Positions 18,166 through 28,000 of a stretch of 64,000 nt of DNA are shown piece after piece; position 1 is the stretch's first letter, and each line of letters begins with the position of its first letter. Below the pieces are notes generated by a model. That model was given only the letters and a program-made list of their open reading frames with translations, made no database searches and had not been told where the DNA came from. Source of the DNA: an uncultured Clostridia bacterium (GTDB taxonomy: Bacteria > Bacillota > Clostridia > TANB77 > CAG-508); the NCBI GenBank assembly GCA_944388935.1, contig CALXKK010000002.1:12421-76420 (forward strand). The letters are read 5' to 3'. The position numbers and the translations under genes were made by a program.

Positions 18166-18215
18166 GAGATTTGATTATCTCTATTATTTTATTTTCTTTT
18201 TGACGCATTTATTTT
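18166..18215 (-). promoter_or_regulatory. Putative internal promoter for tuf in the fusA-tuf spacer (TTGATT-16-TATAAA)
   Basis: Hexamers read on the minus strand. Confidence 0.35.
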
Positions 18216-18269
18216 TACGAAGATAATTTTATACTATAATCTCGAAAAAATCAAGTATCTTAATAAATA

Positions 18270-20354
18270 TTATTCGCTTTTCTTTCCTCTTGTTGCTACA
18301 ATTTGTTCTAATATAGATTTTGGAACTTCTTCATAGTGTGATGGTTCCATAGAATATGTTCCTCTACCTTGTGTTTTTGAACGTAAATCTGTAGCATATC
18401 CAAACATTTCTGATAATGGAATAAATGAACGAATTTCTTCCATTCCATCATTTCCTTCCATACCTTCTACTCTACCACGTCTAGAGTTTACATCACCAAT
18501 AACTTCACCCATATATTCTTCTGGAACAGTTATTTCTACTTTCATAATAGGTTCTAGTATAACAACACCTGCTTGTTTACATCCTTCTTTGAATGCTAAA
18601 GATGCTGCTATTTTGAAAGCCATTTCTGAAGAGTCAACTTCGTGGTAAGATCCATCTACTAATGTAGCTTTGAAATCTATAACTGGGTATCCAGCTAAAT
18701 ATCCACCTTCTGCTGCATCTCTTAATCCTTGTTCGATTGGTTTAATATATTCCTTAGGAACAGCTCCACCAACGATTTTGCTTTCAAATTCTACACCTTT
18801 ACCTGGCTCTAATGGTTCCATTTCGAACCAAACATCACCATATTGTCCTTTACCACCAGATTGACGAATGAATTTACCTTGAACTTTAACTTTCTTTTTG
18901 ATTGTTTCTTTGTAAGCAACTTGTGGTTTACCTACATTACATTCAACTTTAAATTCTCTCTTTAATCTGTCTACGATAATGTCTAGGTGTAATTCACCCA
19001 TACCAGCGATAATAGTTTGTCCTGTTTCATGATTTGTATATGTTTTGAATGTTGGATCTTCTTCTGCTAATTTTGATAATGCAATACCCATTTTTTCTTG
19101 AGCTTCTTTGTTCTTAGGCTCAATAGCAATATCAATAACTGGCTCTGGGAAGTCCATTGATTCTAATATAACAGGATATTCGATATCACATAAAGTATCT
19201 CCAGTTGTAACCTCTTTTAGTCCAACTGCTGCAGCTATATCTCCTGCATATACTTTATCTATATCTTCTCTGTGATTAGAATGCATTAATAATATTCTTC
19301 CGATTCTTTCCTTTTTATCTTTATTTGAATTTAATACTGTTGAACCAGAATCTAATGTTCCTGAATATACTCTAAAGAAACATAATTTTCCAACAAATGG
19401 GTCTGTAGCAATTTTAAATGCTAATGCTGCAAATGGTTCTTTGTCGTCAGTTTTTCTTTCAACTTCGTTACCTGCTAAGTCAACACCTTTAATATGTGGT
19501 ATATCTAATGGTGATGGCATATAATCTACAATTGCATTTAATAATTCTTGAACACCTTTGTTCTTGTAAGAAGAACCGCATGTTACTGGAACTACAGTAT
19601 TAGCTATTGTTCCTTTACGAAGTCCTATTTTTATTTCTTCCTCAGTCAAATCACCTTCATCTAAGTATTTCATCATTAATTCTTCGTCTTGATCTGCTGC
19701 GGCTTCAAGCATTTTTTCTCTGTATTCTTTAGCCATATCTACCATATCTTCTGGTATATCGCATTCTTCTATTTCTTTTCCTAAATCATCTTTATGAATG
19801 AAAGCTCTCATTTTTATTAAATCTACTATACCTCTAAATTGATCTTCTGCTCCAATTGGTAATTGGATAGGTACAGCATTTGCTTTTAATCTTGTTTTTA
19901 ATTGTTCAACACAAAGCATGAAGTTTGCTCCTGTGATGTCCATTTTGTTTACATATACCATTCTTGGTACTTGATATTTATCAGCTTGTCTCCAAACTGT
20001 TTCTGTTTGTGGTTGAACACCACCTTTTGCAGCAAGTACTGTAACTGCACCATCAAGAACTCTTAGAGATCTTTGAACTTCTACTGTGAAATCAACGTGT
20101 CCTGGTGTATCGATAATATTTATTCTATTATTTTTCCAGATACAAGTTGTAGCAGCAGATGTAATTGTTATACCTCTTTCTTGTTCTTGTGCCATCCAGT
20201 CCATTGTAGCTTCACCATCATGAACTTCTCCGATTTTATGAGTTCTTCCTGTATAGAAAAGTATTCTCTCTGTTGTTGTTGTTTTACCAGCATCAATATG
20301 AGCCATAATTCCTATATTTCTTGTTTTTTCCAATGGAAATGCTCTTCCTGCCAA
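18270..20354 (-). CDS. fusA: Elongation factor G
   Basis: 694 aa. [12 protein letters not shown] and DTPGHVDF are canonical. Confidence 0.97.
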   Translation of the reverse strand: MAGRAFPLEKTRNIGIMAHIDAGKTTTTERILFYTGRTHKIGEVHDGEATMDWMAQEQERGITITSAATTCIWKNNRINIIDTPGHVDFTVEVQRSLRVLDGAVTVLAAKGGVQPQTETVWRQADKYQVPRMVYVNKMDITGANFMLCVEQLKTRLKANAVPIQLPIGAEDQFRGIVDLIKMRAFIHKDDLGKEIEECDIPEDMVDMAKEYREKMLEAAADQDEELMMKYLDEGDLTEEEIKIGLRKGTIANTVVPVTCGSSYKNKGVQELLNAIVDYMPSPLDIPHIKGVDLAGNEVERKTDDKEPFAALAFKIATDPFVGKLCFFRVYSGTLDSGSTVLNSNKDKKERIGRILLMHSNHREDIDKVYAGDIAAAVGLKEVTTGDTLCDIEYPVILESMDFPEPVIDIAIEPKNKEAQEKMGIALSKLAEEDPTFKTYTNHETGQTIIAGMGELHLDIIVDRLKREFKVECNVGKPQVAYKETIKKKVKVQGKFIRQSGGKGQYGDVWFEMEPLEPGKGVEFESKIVGGAVPKEYIKPIEQGLRDAAEGGYLAGYPVIDFKATLVDGSYHEVDSSEMAFKIAASLAFKEGCKQAGVVILEPIMKVEITVPEEYMGEVIGDVNSRRGRVEGMEGNDGMEEIRSFIPLSEMFGYATDLRSKTQGRGTYSMEPSHYEEVPKSILEQIVATRGKKSE

Positions 20355-20425
20355 CTTTATTTCCTCCCCTCATTATTACATATATAATCTTCAAAATATT
20401 CTCTTATATAGTAATATACATTTTA

Positions 20426-20896
20426 TTACCATTTATAATGTGCAAATGCTTTATTAGCTTCTGCCATTCTATGTGTATCTTCTTTCTTCTTGAATGCTCC
20501 ACCGTTTCCGTTTATAGCATCTATAATTTCTCCGGCTAATTTTTCAGCCATTGTTTTTTCATGTCTTAGTCTTGCATATCTAACTAACCATCTTAAACCT
20601 AAAGTTTGTCTTCTTTCTGGTCTAATCTCTAATGGAACTTGGTATGTAGCTCCACCAACTCTTCTAGCTTTAACTTCAAGAACTGGCATGATGTTATTTA
20701 GTGCTTCTTCAAAAACTTCTAGTGGATCTCTTTGCTCTTTTTCTTTTACGATGTCAAATGCACCATAAACTATTTTTTGAGCAACTGATTTTTTACCATC
20801 TAGCATAATATTGTTTACTAATTTTGTAACAACTTTACTATTATATACTGGATCTGGTAAAACTTCTCTTTTTGCTATATATCCTTTTCTTGGCAC
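20426..20896 (-). CDS. rpsG: 30S ribosomal protein S7
   Basis: 156 aa canonical S7. Confidence 0.97.
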   Translation of the reverse strand: MPRKGYIAKREVLPDPVYNSKVVTKLVNNIMLDGKKSVAQKIVYGAFDIVKEKEQRDPLEVFEEALNNIMPVLEVKARRVGGATYQVPLEIRPERRQTLGLRWLVRYARLRHEKTMAEKLAGEIIDAINGNGGAFKKKEDTHRMAEANKAFAHYKW

Positions 20897-21040
20897 TATT
20901 CTTCCCTCCTTAATTATATTTTGATACTAATTTAGTATCTAGGTACTCTGAAAAGTATTTTTCTTTTCCGCATAGTGCTATATATCCTAAATTTAAGTAC
21001 CTTAAATTAGTAATTAGCACTAGTTTAAATTTCCTAAATT

Positions 21041-21454
21041 CTATTTTTTAGGTTTCTTTGCTCCGTATTTTGATCTACCTTGCATTCTGTCTTTAACACC
21101 TGCTGTATCTAATGTTCCTCTAATAATATGATATCTAACACCTGGAAGGTCTTTAACTCTTCCTCCTCTTATTAGAACAACACTGTGTTCTTGTAAGTTG
21201 TGTCCGATTCCTGGGATATAAGATGTTACTTCATATCCATTAGAAAGTCTAACTCTGGCAACTTTTCTTAATGCAGAATTAGGTTTCTTTGGTGTTACAG
21301 TTTTAACTACTGTACAAACTCCTCTTTTTTGTGGTGCTCTATGGTTAGTTTGTCTATTTTTCTTAGAGTTATAACCATGTTGCAATGCTGGAGCGTTTGA
21401 TTTTGTTACTGATGTTTTTCTTCCTTTTCTTACTAATTGATTAATTGTTGGCAC
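21041..21454 (-). CDS. rpsL: 30S ribosomal protein S12
   Basis: 137 aa canonical S12. GTG start with AGGAGGTG 8 nt upstream. Confidence 0.97.
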   Translation of the reverse strand: MPTINQLVRKGRKTSVTKSNAPALQHGYNSKKNRQTNHRAPQKRGVCTVVKTVTPKKPNSALRKVARVRLSNGYEVTSYIPGIGHNLQEHSVVLIRGGRVKDLPGVRYHIIRGTLDTAGVKDRMQGRSKYGAKKPKK

Positions 21455-21597
21455 TTAAATTTCACCTCCTATTTTTTATTCGCCTATTCGTGCATAATAC
21501 ACTAGCGTCAACTATTTTATCATCAAAACATAATCATGTCAATATTTATACGTAATTTTTTTCATATATAAACAGGAATAAAGAGCGTTTTGATTTT

Positions 21598-21675
21598 ATC
21601 ATTACGCACCTCTTTCTAACTAAATTTAATAACCTGCCCAATAATGAGGAAATGCGGTGCATTACGCACCGCACA
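21598..21675. repeat. Direct repeat CATTACGCACC (x2, 61 bp apart) plus hairpin GCGGTGC-attac-GCACCGC, GC-rich relative to flanks, just downstream of the 80-aa membrane-protein gene
   Basis: Seen at 21598-21608 and 21660-21670. The hairpin at 21655-21673 has no following T-run on either strand. Confidence 0.5.
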
Positions 21676-21707
21676 TCCCGGATAGTACTCCTAGTTATAG
21701 CTTGGTC

Positions 21708-21950
21708 TTAGCGAGACTTAATATTGTTATAAATTCCTCTTACGAAGACCCCAATAAGTACTCCGACAAGCAAAACTAAGATGTCGCTCGGTTCAGGTTC
21801 TATCACGTTATTGACAATAGTGATAATCGTCGTTGCCGCGTTAGAAATCCAGTTGAGCAAATTCGTAAGTTCAAACTTGACCGTACCAGAAACAACGAGA
21901 ATCACTACAATAACAATAAGTATAACCCGTACGACAAATTGCTTCCGCAT
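21708..21950 (-). CDS. Small two-TM membrane protein, 80 aa, compositionally atypical (GC-richer)
   Basis: MRKQFVVRVILIVIVVILVVSGTVKF...DILVLLVGVLIGVFVRG has two strongly hydrophobic helices. AGGAGGTG lies 7 nt upstream. A perfect TTGACT-17-TATAAT promoter sits at 21991-22019 (minus strand). Confidence 0.55.
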   Translation of the reverse strand: MRKQFVVRVILIVIVVILVVSGTVKFELTNLLNWISNAATTIITIVNNVIEPEPSDILVLLVGVLIGVFVRGIYNNIKSR

Positions 21951-22087
21951 AGTACACCTCCTTATAAAAACTCCAACGAGTTACAATCTCATTATAGTAT
22001 ATTATGTAAATATAGTCAATTTTTGCTAGTTCTTAAAATGCTAGTTTTTTGTCTGTTATCACTTATATAGATTTACATAATTAGTTG

Positions 22088-22116
22088 TTGACATTATTTG
22101 CCTTTTTAAGTATAAT
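22088..22116 (+). promoter_or_regulatory. Perfect consensus sigma-A promoter TTGACA-17-TATAAT driving module B
   Basis: TTGACA at 22088-22093, a 17-nt spacer, TATAAT at 22111-22116. Confidence 0.7.
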
Positions 22117-22149
22117 ATATGTAGTTTTGATTACTAATGAGAGGAGGAT

Positions 22150-22169
22150 ATCTTAGAATTTTCTAAGAT
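22150..22169 (+). promoter_or_regulatory. Perfect 20-nt palindrome ATCTTAGAA-TT-TTCTAAGAT between the SD (GAGGAGGA, 22141-22148) and the first AUG (22168); candidate translational operator / SD-AUG spacing hairpin
   Basis: Seen directly. The 3' arm includes the A and U of the AUG at 22168-22170. Confidence 0.5.
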
Positions 22170-22323
22170 GATTTATATTATGGAAGAAAAGAAAATATTT
22201 ACAGAAGAAGAATTAAAGAAAATGTCTCCTGAAGAATTAGCAAATTATAAGGTTGCTTTAAAGGAACTTTCTTTAGATATAGATGAATTAATTAAAAAAT
22301 GCGATGAAATTTTATCTAAATAA
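22168..22323 (+). CDS. Small acidic helical protein, 47-51 aa ((MIYI)MEEKKIFTEEELKKMSPEELANYKVALKELSLDIDELIKKCDEILSK), the small subunit of module B
   Basis: Manual translation; the alternative start is ATG 22180. Shares the KM(S/T)(P/S)(E/D)ELxN motif with the 53-aa ORF at 15108..15269. Confidence 0.45.
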   Translation: MIYIMEEKKIFTEEELKKMSPEELANYKVALKELSLDIDELIKKCDEILSK

Positions 22324-22338
22324 TAATAAACGGAAAGG

Positions 22339-23628
22339 ATGGTGAAGCCTCAATTTAGAGGCAAATTTATGGCACAACAACCAACACAATTTTCAGAATT
22401 AAGTCAACAATATGGACTTATACAAAATAACAGACAGCAAGTAGCAGCTATTGAAAGTCAATTAACAGGTTATTTGGCAAGATTAACTGAACTAAAAACT
22501 CAAAAAACTAATTTAACTAACTTACAACAATTACAAGCACAAAATGCTCAACTATTTACTAGTGATGCACAATCAGCAATAGCTAAGCAACTACAACAAA
22601 TTGACGCAGAAATTAACTCTATTACAGGTTCTGTTCAAAACTTAAGAGATAATGATTTATACAAACAAAAAGATGCAATTGAGAGCGCTTCTAAAGATTT
22701 AGACTCTTATATTGAATCTGCTAACACTAATTATGCATTTAGAAGGGCTGTAGGAGAAGAATTGGTTCGTAGAACTCAAACTAGAATTGACGAACTAACA
22801 GCAGAACAAAGTAAGCCTAATGAATATGTTGCATTTATAGAAAAATTACAAAGTATAGCACAAAACGACCCTAGTTTAAAATCTATTCTTTCATCTATTG
22901 ACAAAAATAAAGCAGATATTAATAGTTTAAATATTACTAAAACTAGTTTAGATAATCTTGTAAATCAAAGTTCTGATCCAAGAGTAAAAAATAGCATGAA
23001 AGCTTCTTATATAACTATTAATAAAGGTATTGCAGACAAAACAACTGATTTAAATTCAAAATCTGATGATTTAAAGAAATACATATCAGACCATAGAGAA
23101 GATTTTGGTCTTCCAGCTGGTACAGATGACTTAAACTTCGATGATGCTACATCACCATTATCAATTGTTTCTGTATATACAGATCCTAATGAAAATAAGG
23201 GATTAGATGACTTAAAGGCTGAATATGCAAATATAGTAAATATCTCAAGCGATAGAATTGAAGAACTTAACAAACTAAATAGATTTTTAGATTATGCGGA
23301 ACATGATTTAGATACTGTAAGAGAAGAAGAACTTGAAAATATGTATACTCCATTTTTCACTAAAGTTAAAGTATTCTTTATAAACTTAAAAAATAGATTT
23401 GTAAGTTGGGCTAAAGACAAAGAAGCTCCTAAACCTATTAAAGCTCCACCAAGAGGTGCTGAAGTAGTAGGAAGTCATTCAGATTTTATAAATTCTATAC
23501 ACACAGAAATTGGACAAGATGCAATTGCAAAAGTTGCACAAAAATATGAGCAAAAATATGCACAAGAAAAAGCGCAACAGCAGCAACAAACATCACATAA
23601 CACACCGGATAATGGTCAAGAAAGATAA
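22339..23628 (+). CDS. Coiled-coil, Gln/Asn/Ser/Asp-rich protein (~419-429 aa), the large subunit of module B
   Basis: Predicted helical and low-complexity, with the hydrophobic patch MYTPFFTKVKVFFINLKNRFVSWAKDK at the same relative position as the RITMFFSKF... patch of the 13865..15106 protein. Start is ambiguous: 22339 (ATGGTG) or 22369 (MAQQPTQF). Confidence 0.6.
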   Translation: MVKPQFRGKFMAQQPTQFSELSQQYGLIQNNRQQVAAIESQLTGYLARLTELKTQKTNLTNLQQLQAQNAQLFTSDAQSAIAKQLQQIDAEINSITGSVQNLRDNDLYKQKDAIESASKDLDSYIESANTNYAFRRAVGEELVRRTQTRIDELTAEQSKPNEYVAFIEKLQSIAQNDPSLKSILSSIDKNKADINSLNITKTSLDNLVNQSSDPRVKNSMKASYITINKGIADKTTDLNSKSDDLKKYISDHREDFGLPAGTDDLNFDDATSPLSIVSVYTDPNENKGLDDLKAEYANIVNISSDRIEELNKLNRFLDYAEHDLDTVREEELENMYTPFFTKVKVFFINLKNRFVSWAKDKEAPKPIKAPPRGAEVVGSHSDFINSIHTEIGQDAIAKVAQKYEQKYAQEKAQQQQQTSHNTPDNGQER

Positions 23629-23644
23629 TTTAATACTAGATATA

Positions 23645-23677
23645 TAAAAAGAAGCAATCTTAAATTGCTTCTTTTTT
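23645..23677. terminator. Bidirectional terminator (aagaagcaat cttaa attgcttctt) shared by module B (+) and trmFO (-)
   Basis: 10-bp perfect stem with T-runs on both strands. Confidence 0.8.
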
Positions 23678-23681
23678 CTTA

Positions 23682-25046
23682 TTATTTAATTAGTTTCTTT
23701 AATTTTTCCATTGCCCTATCTGCTAAAATTCCATATTTTTTCTTTTTATCTTTAATTCTTTCTGTAAGTCCTGGCACTATTCCAAAATTTGCATTCATTG
23801 GCTGAAATTTATCATTTGGAGTTGATATATAGTTTGCCAAAGCACCACTCATGGTTTCTATTGGCAAAACAAAATTTTCTTTATTTTCTAATTCATTTGC
23901 AGCATTTATTCCAGCAATAAGTCCAGAAGAAATTGACTCTACATATCCTTCCACACCAGTAATTTGTCCTGCGAAATATAAATTCTTAATATCTTTCATT
24001 TTATATGTATTAGTTAAAAGATGGCTAGAATCTATAAACGTATTTCTGTGCATAACACCATACTTAACAAATTCTGCATTTTCTAATCCAGGAATACTAG
24101 AGAAAACCCTTTTTTGTTCTCCAAATTTTAAATTAGTTTGAAATCCTACTAAATTAAAAATATTTCCTTCTGTATCATCCTGTCTTAGTTGTACCAATGC
24201 ATATGGTCTTCTTCCCGTTCTAGGATCTGTAAAACCTACTGGCTTAAGTGGTCCAAATCTTAATGTATCCTCTCCTCTTTTAGCCATAATTTCTATTGGC
24301 ATACAACCTTCGAATATTTCTCTTTTTTCGAAATTATGAAGCTCTACAACTTCTGCATTTATTAAATTATTATAGAAGTTTTCGTATTCTTCTTTATTCA
24401 TTGGCAAATTTATATAATTTTGTTTTTCTTGTGTTTTATTTAGTCTTTCTTTCCAATCTTCCACTTCTTCATTTTTCTGTCTTTCCTGCTCATACCTATC
24501 GCCCCAAAAAGCTATATCAAAATTAATACTATCCTTTGTAACTATTGGAGCTGCTGCATCATAAAAATACAACTTATCCTGTTTTGTTATCTCAGAAATA
24601 TTCTTTGCTAAGTCATCGGAAGTTAATGGACCTGTTGCAACTATTGTAATTGCCTCTTCTATTAATTTTTTTAAATCTACTACTTCTTCATTAATAATTT
24701 CTATATTTGGATTGCTCTCTATTTGCTCTGTAACCTTTTTTGCAAACACTTCCCTATCAACTGCTAGAGCTTGTCCTGCAGGCACGGAAGTACTATCTGC
24801 TATTTTTATAAGCAAAGAATCCATAGCTCTTAATTCTTCTTTTAAAAGTCCACAAGCATTAGTATGTAAATTTGATTTAAAAGAATTACTACATACTATT
24901 TCTGCCAGATTTTTATTAGAATGCGCTGGAGAATATTTCTTAGGTTTCATTTCGTATAATTTTACTTTTATTCTTCTTTTAGCAATTTGATACGCAGCTT
25001 CCGTTCCAGCAAGTCCTCCACCTATTACATTTATATATTTTTCCAT
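23682..25046 (-). CDS. trmFO: Methylenetetrahydrofolate--tRNA-(uracil54-C5)-methyltransferase TrmFO (Gid)
   Basis: 454 aa. An N-terminal FAD-binding GGGLAGTEAA and the conserved Cys region match TrmFO. Confidence 0.9.
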   Translation of the reverse strand: MEKYINVIGGGLAGTEAAYQIAKRRIKVKLYEMKPKKYSPAHSNKNLAEIVCSNSFKSNLHTNACGLLKEELRAMDSLLIKIADSTSVPAGQALAVDREVFAKKVTEQIESNPNIEIINEEVVDLKKLIEEAITIVATGPLTSDDLAKNISEITKQDKLYFYDAAAPIVTKDSINFDIAFWGDRYEQERQKNEEVEDWKERLNKTQEKQNYINLPMNKEEYENFYNNLINAEVVELHNFEKREIFEGCMPIEIMAKRGEDTLRFGPLKPVGFTDPRTGRRPYALVQLRQDDTEGNIFNLVGFQTNLKFGEQKRVFSSIPGLENAEFVKYGVMHRNTFIDSSHLLTNTYKMKDIKNLYFAGQITGVEGYVESISSGLIAGINAANELENKENFVLPIETMSGALANYISTPNDKFQPMNANFGIVPGLTERIKDKKKKYGILADRAMEKLKKLIK

Positions 25047-25090
25047 TCCTTATTCCTTTCTCGAACGCCAAAATTGTAATTATTGTTCAA

Positions 25091-28000
25091 CTAACTGAAT
25101 AATTCCATAATATCATCCTTATTAAGCTTATTAATAAATGTAGTTTGAGTACTAAGCATATTATCTATAAGTTTTGATTTTTTCTCTTGTAATTCATATA
25201 TTTTTTCTTCTATTGAGTTTTTAGTTATAAGTTTATATACTTGAACATTATTCTTTTGCCCAATTCTGTATGCCCTGTCTGTTGCTTGGTTTTCTGCAGA
25301 CATATTCCACCATGGGTCATAATGAATTACCATATCAGCTCCGATTAAATTTAAGCCAGTTCCTCCTGCTTTTAAAGATATCAAAAATACTTTTACTTCT
25401 GGATTATTATTAAAATCATTTACTAATTTTACTCTTTCATCAACCTTAGTTTGACCAGTTAATTTATAATAGCTTATTCCTTCTTTCGCTAGATTTCCTT
25501 CTATTATATTAAGCATAGAAGTATAACCAGAAAATATTAAAATTTTATGTTTTCCAGCAATAGCATCTTTTACAATTTCTATACATTGTGTTAATTTGCT
25601 ACTTTCACCCCTATAGTTTTCCAAGAATAGTGATGGATGGCAACATATTTGTCTTAATCTTGTTAGTAAAGCTAAAATTTTAATTTGTGATTTTTCTAAT
25701 CCATTTCCTTCAATCTCGTTAATAGCTTCCTTCTTTGCTTGTGCCAAATAAGATAAATAAATTTGTAATTGTTCACCTTGCATTTCATTATTTAAAACTG
25801 TAATACTCTTTTCTGGCAATTCTTTTAAAACATCTTTCTTTACTCTACGAAGTACAAATGGCTCTATCATCATTTTTAATTTTTGCATAGCTTCTTCGTC
25901 ATTATCTTTCATTATTGGAATCTCATATAATTGCTTAAACTTTTTATATGTAAATAAATAACCTGGCAAAATATAATCAAAAATTGACCATAATTCTGCT
26001 AAAGAATTTTCTATTGGTGTACCTGTTAAAGCATATCTGGTTTGTGCATTTATGGCTTTTAATGATTTTGCATTTTGTGTATTACTATTTTTTATATATT
26101 GTGCTTCATCAGCTATTTGATATTTAAACAATATATCTTCTTTCTTATATACATCCATATCTCTTTTTAATAAGTCATAAGAAGTAATTACTAAATCATA
26201 ATTAGGAATACTCTTTATTTGTTTTTCTCTTTCTTCTGAATTTCCTCTAATAACTAGCACATTAATACTGTTTGCAAATTTTTCAATTTCACTTTTCCAG
26301 TTTAGTGCAAGAGAACTTGGAGTTATAACAATCGAAGGTAATTTTACTTTTGCATTTTCTTTATAATCTAACAATAATGATATTAATTGAACTGTTTTAC
26401 CAAGACCCATATCATCTGCTAAAATTCCACCAAGTCTATACTCGTCCAATATTTTTAACCATTTATATCCTATTTTTTGATAATACCTTAAAGTACAATG
26501 TAACCCTTTAGGAGGTTTTATTTCGTTATCATATTCACGTTCATCTATATTATTTACTATATCTCTATAATTCTTATCTTTTTTTATTTCTACATTTTTT
26601 ACATTTTCTAATAGCTTATTTAAATATAATGACCTATAAACAGGAACTTTTATCTTACCCTTTTCTAAATCTTTGTAGTCTACTTCCATACCATATTCTA
26701 AGCTATTTAAAAATTTTATGTCGTCATTTTGTTCTAAATCTAAGAAACTACCATCTTTTAATCTATGATATTTTTTCTTTAAATTATATTTTGTTAATAT
26801 TTCTTGTAATTCACTTCTGTCAAAATCTAATCCTGTTAAATCTATATTAAGCAAATTATTTTCTATTTTTACACCAACTGTTCCTAATTTTGGTTGTCTT
26901 ATTTCTTTTGTTTTAAAATTATCTGTTACTAATACTTCGTATTTTTCTGTATAATTATTTATATCTTGAGATAAGAAATTATATATTGCATCGTCAGATA
27001 CAAGTACAAATCTTTTATTGGCAGAATCTAATAAAAATCCTGTTTTTCTGCACATATTTAAACAATTAGATTCTTGTATTACATTTCTTGCAACTTTTGG
27101 TATATTATCCAAATCTAATGGATTAAACTCTACATCTCCATATACAAATTTTAATTCTGCAATAATGTAATTGTTTTTATCAAAATCTAAAAATATTTTT
27201 ACATCCAAATCCTTTGGAATATAATCTTTTAATTTCTCCGTATCTATATTAGAAACATCTATGTTCTCTCTCATTTTTGGCAAAACTAATGAGAAGAAAT
27301 CTGGTAATTCTTTTTTGTTAAATCTTATTTCTCTTATAAAATTCTTTTTATAGATTTCTAATAATTTAATAACTGTATTTTTATAATTTTTATCACATCT
27401 ATAGATAAATTCATTTAGAATAACATAAATGTACTTTTTTCCTTCTAGAACATAATAGTCAAAAATATCTTCCTTTTGAGTTAATTCAAATTCACCATCT
27501 GCAACTTCTGTTAATTTAAATTTTATATTTGGTGTTCCTGGAATAAATGTTATTTTTCCTTTTTCACCATCTTGAACTATCTCTAATTTTTTTCCTTTTA
27601 CTATCTCAAAAAATTCATCTATACCTGTATTACTTAAAATAATACAATTATCACTTAATATTTTTCCATAATATCTATATCCTGCATTACCACTGCTATT
27701 AACATATTTTATAATCTCAGCATGTTTTAAAATAAAATCTATAATTGGTAAGCTTTCTTTTGCAAAATTTTCTCTTGTATGAATAAATTCTAGTTTGTTA
27801 CCATATTTAACATTTTCCTTATTTAACATACTTGTATAAAAATCTGAAAGGCTCTTTATTTTATAAAATTTGTCCAAGCCTAATTTAAATTCTACTTTCA
27901 TCTCTTTATAGTAGCTATCAAAAATAATTGAAGGAACTATCTTTATATTTTTACATTCTTTTATTACTTCTTCTTTTTCATCTATAGTTTCTACTTCTGT

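Noticed and set aside
20897-21040. Unusually long (144 bp) rpsL-rpsG spacer as a possible hidden element
   Set aside because: No ORF, repeat or stable hairpin was seen. It is probably just an AT-rich spacer.
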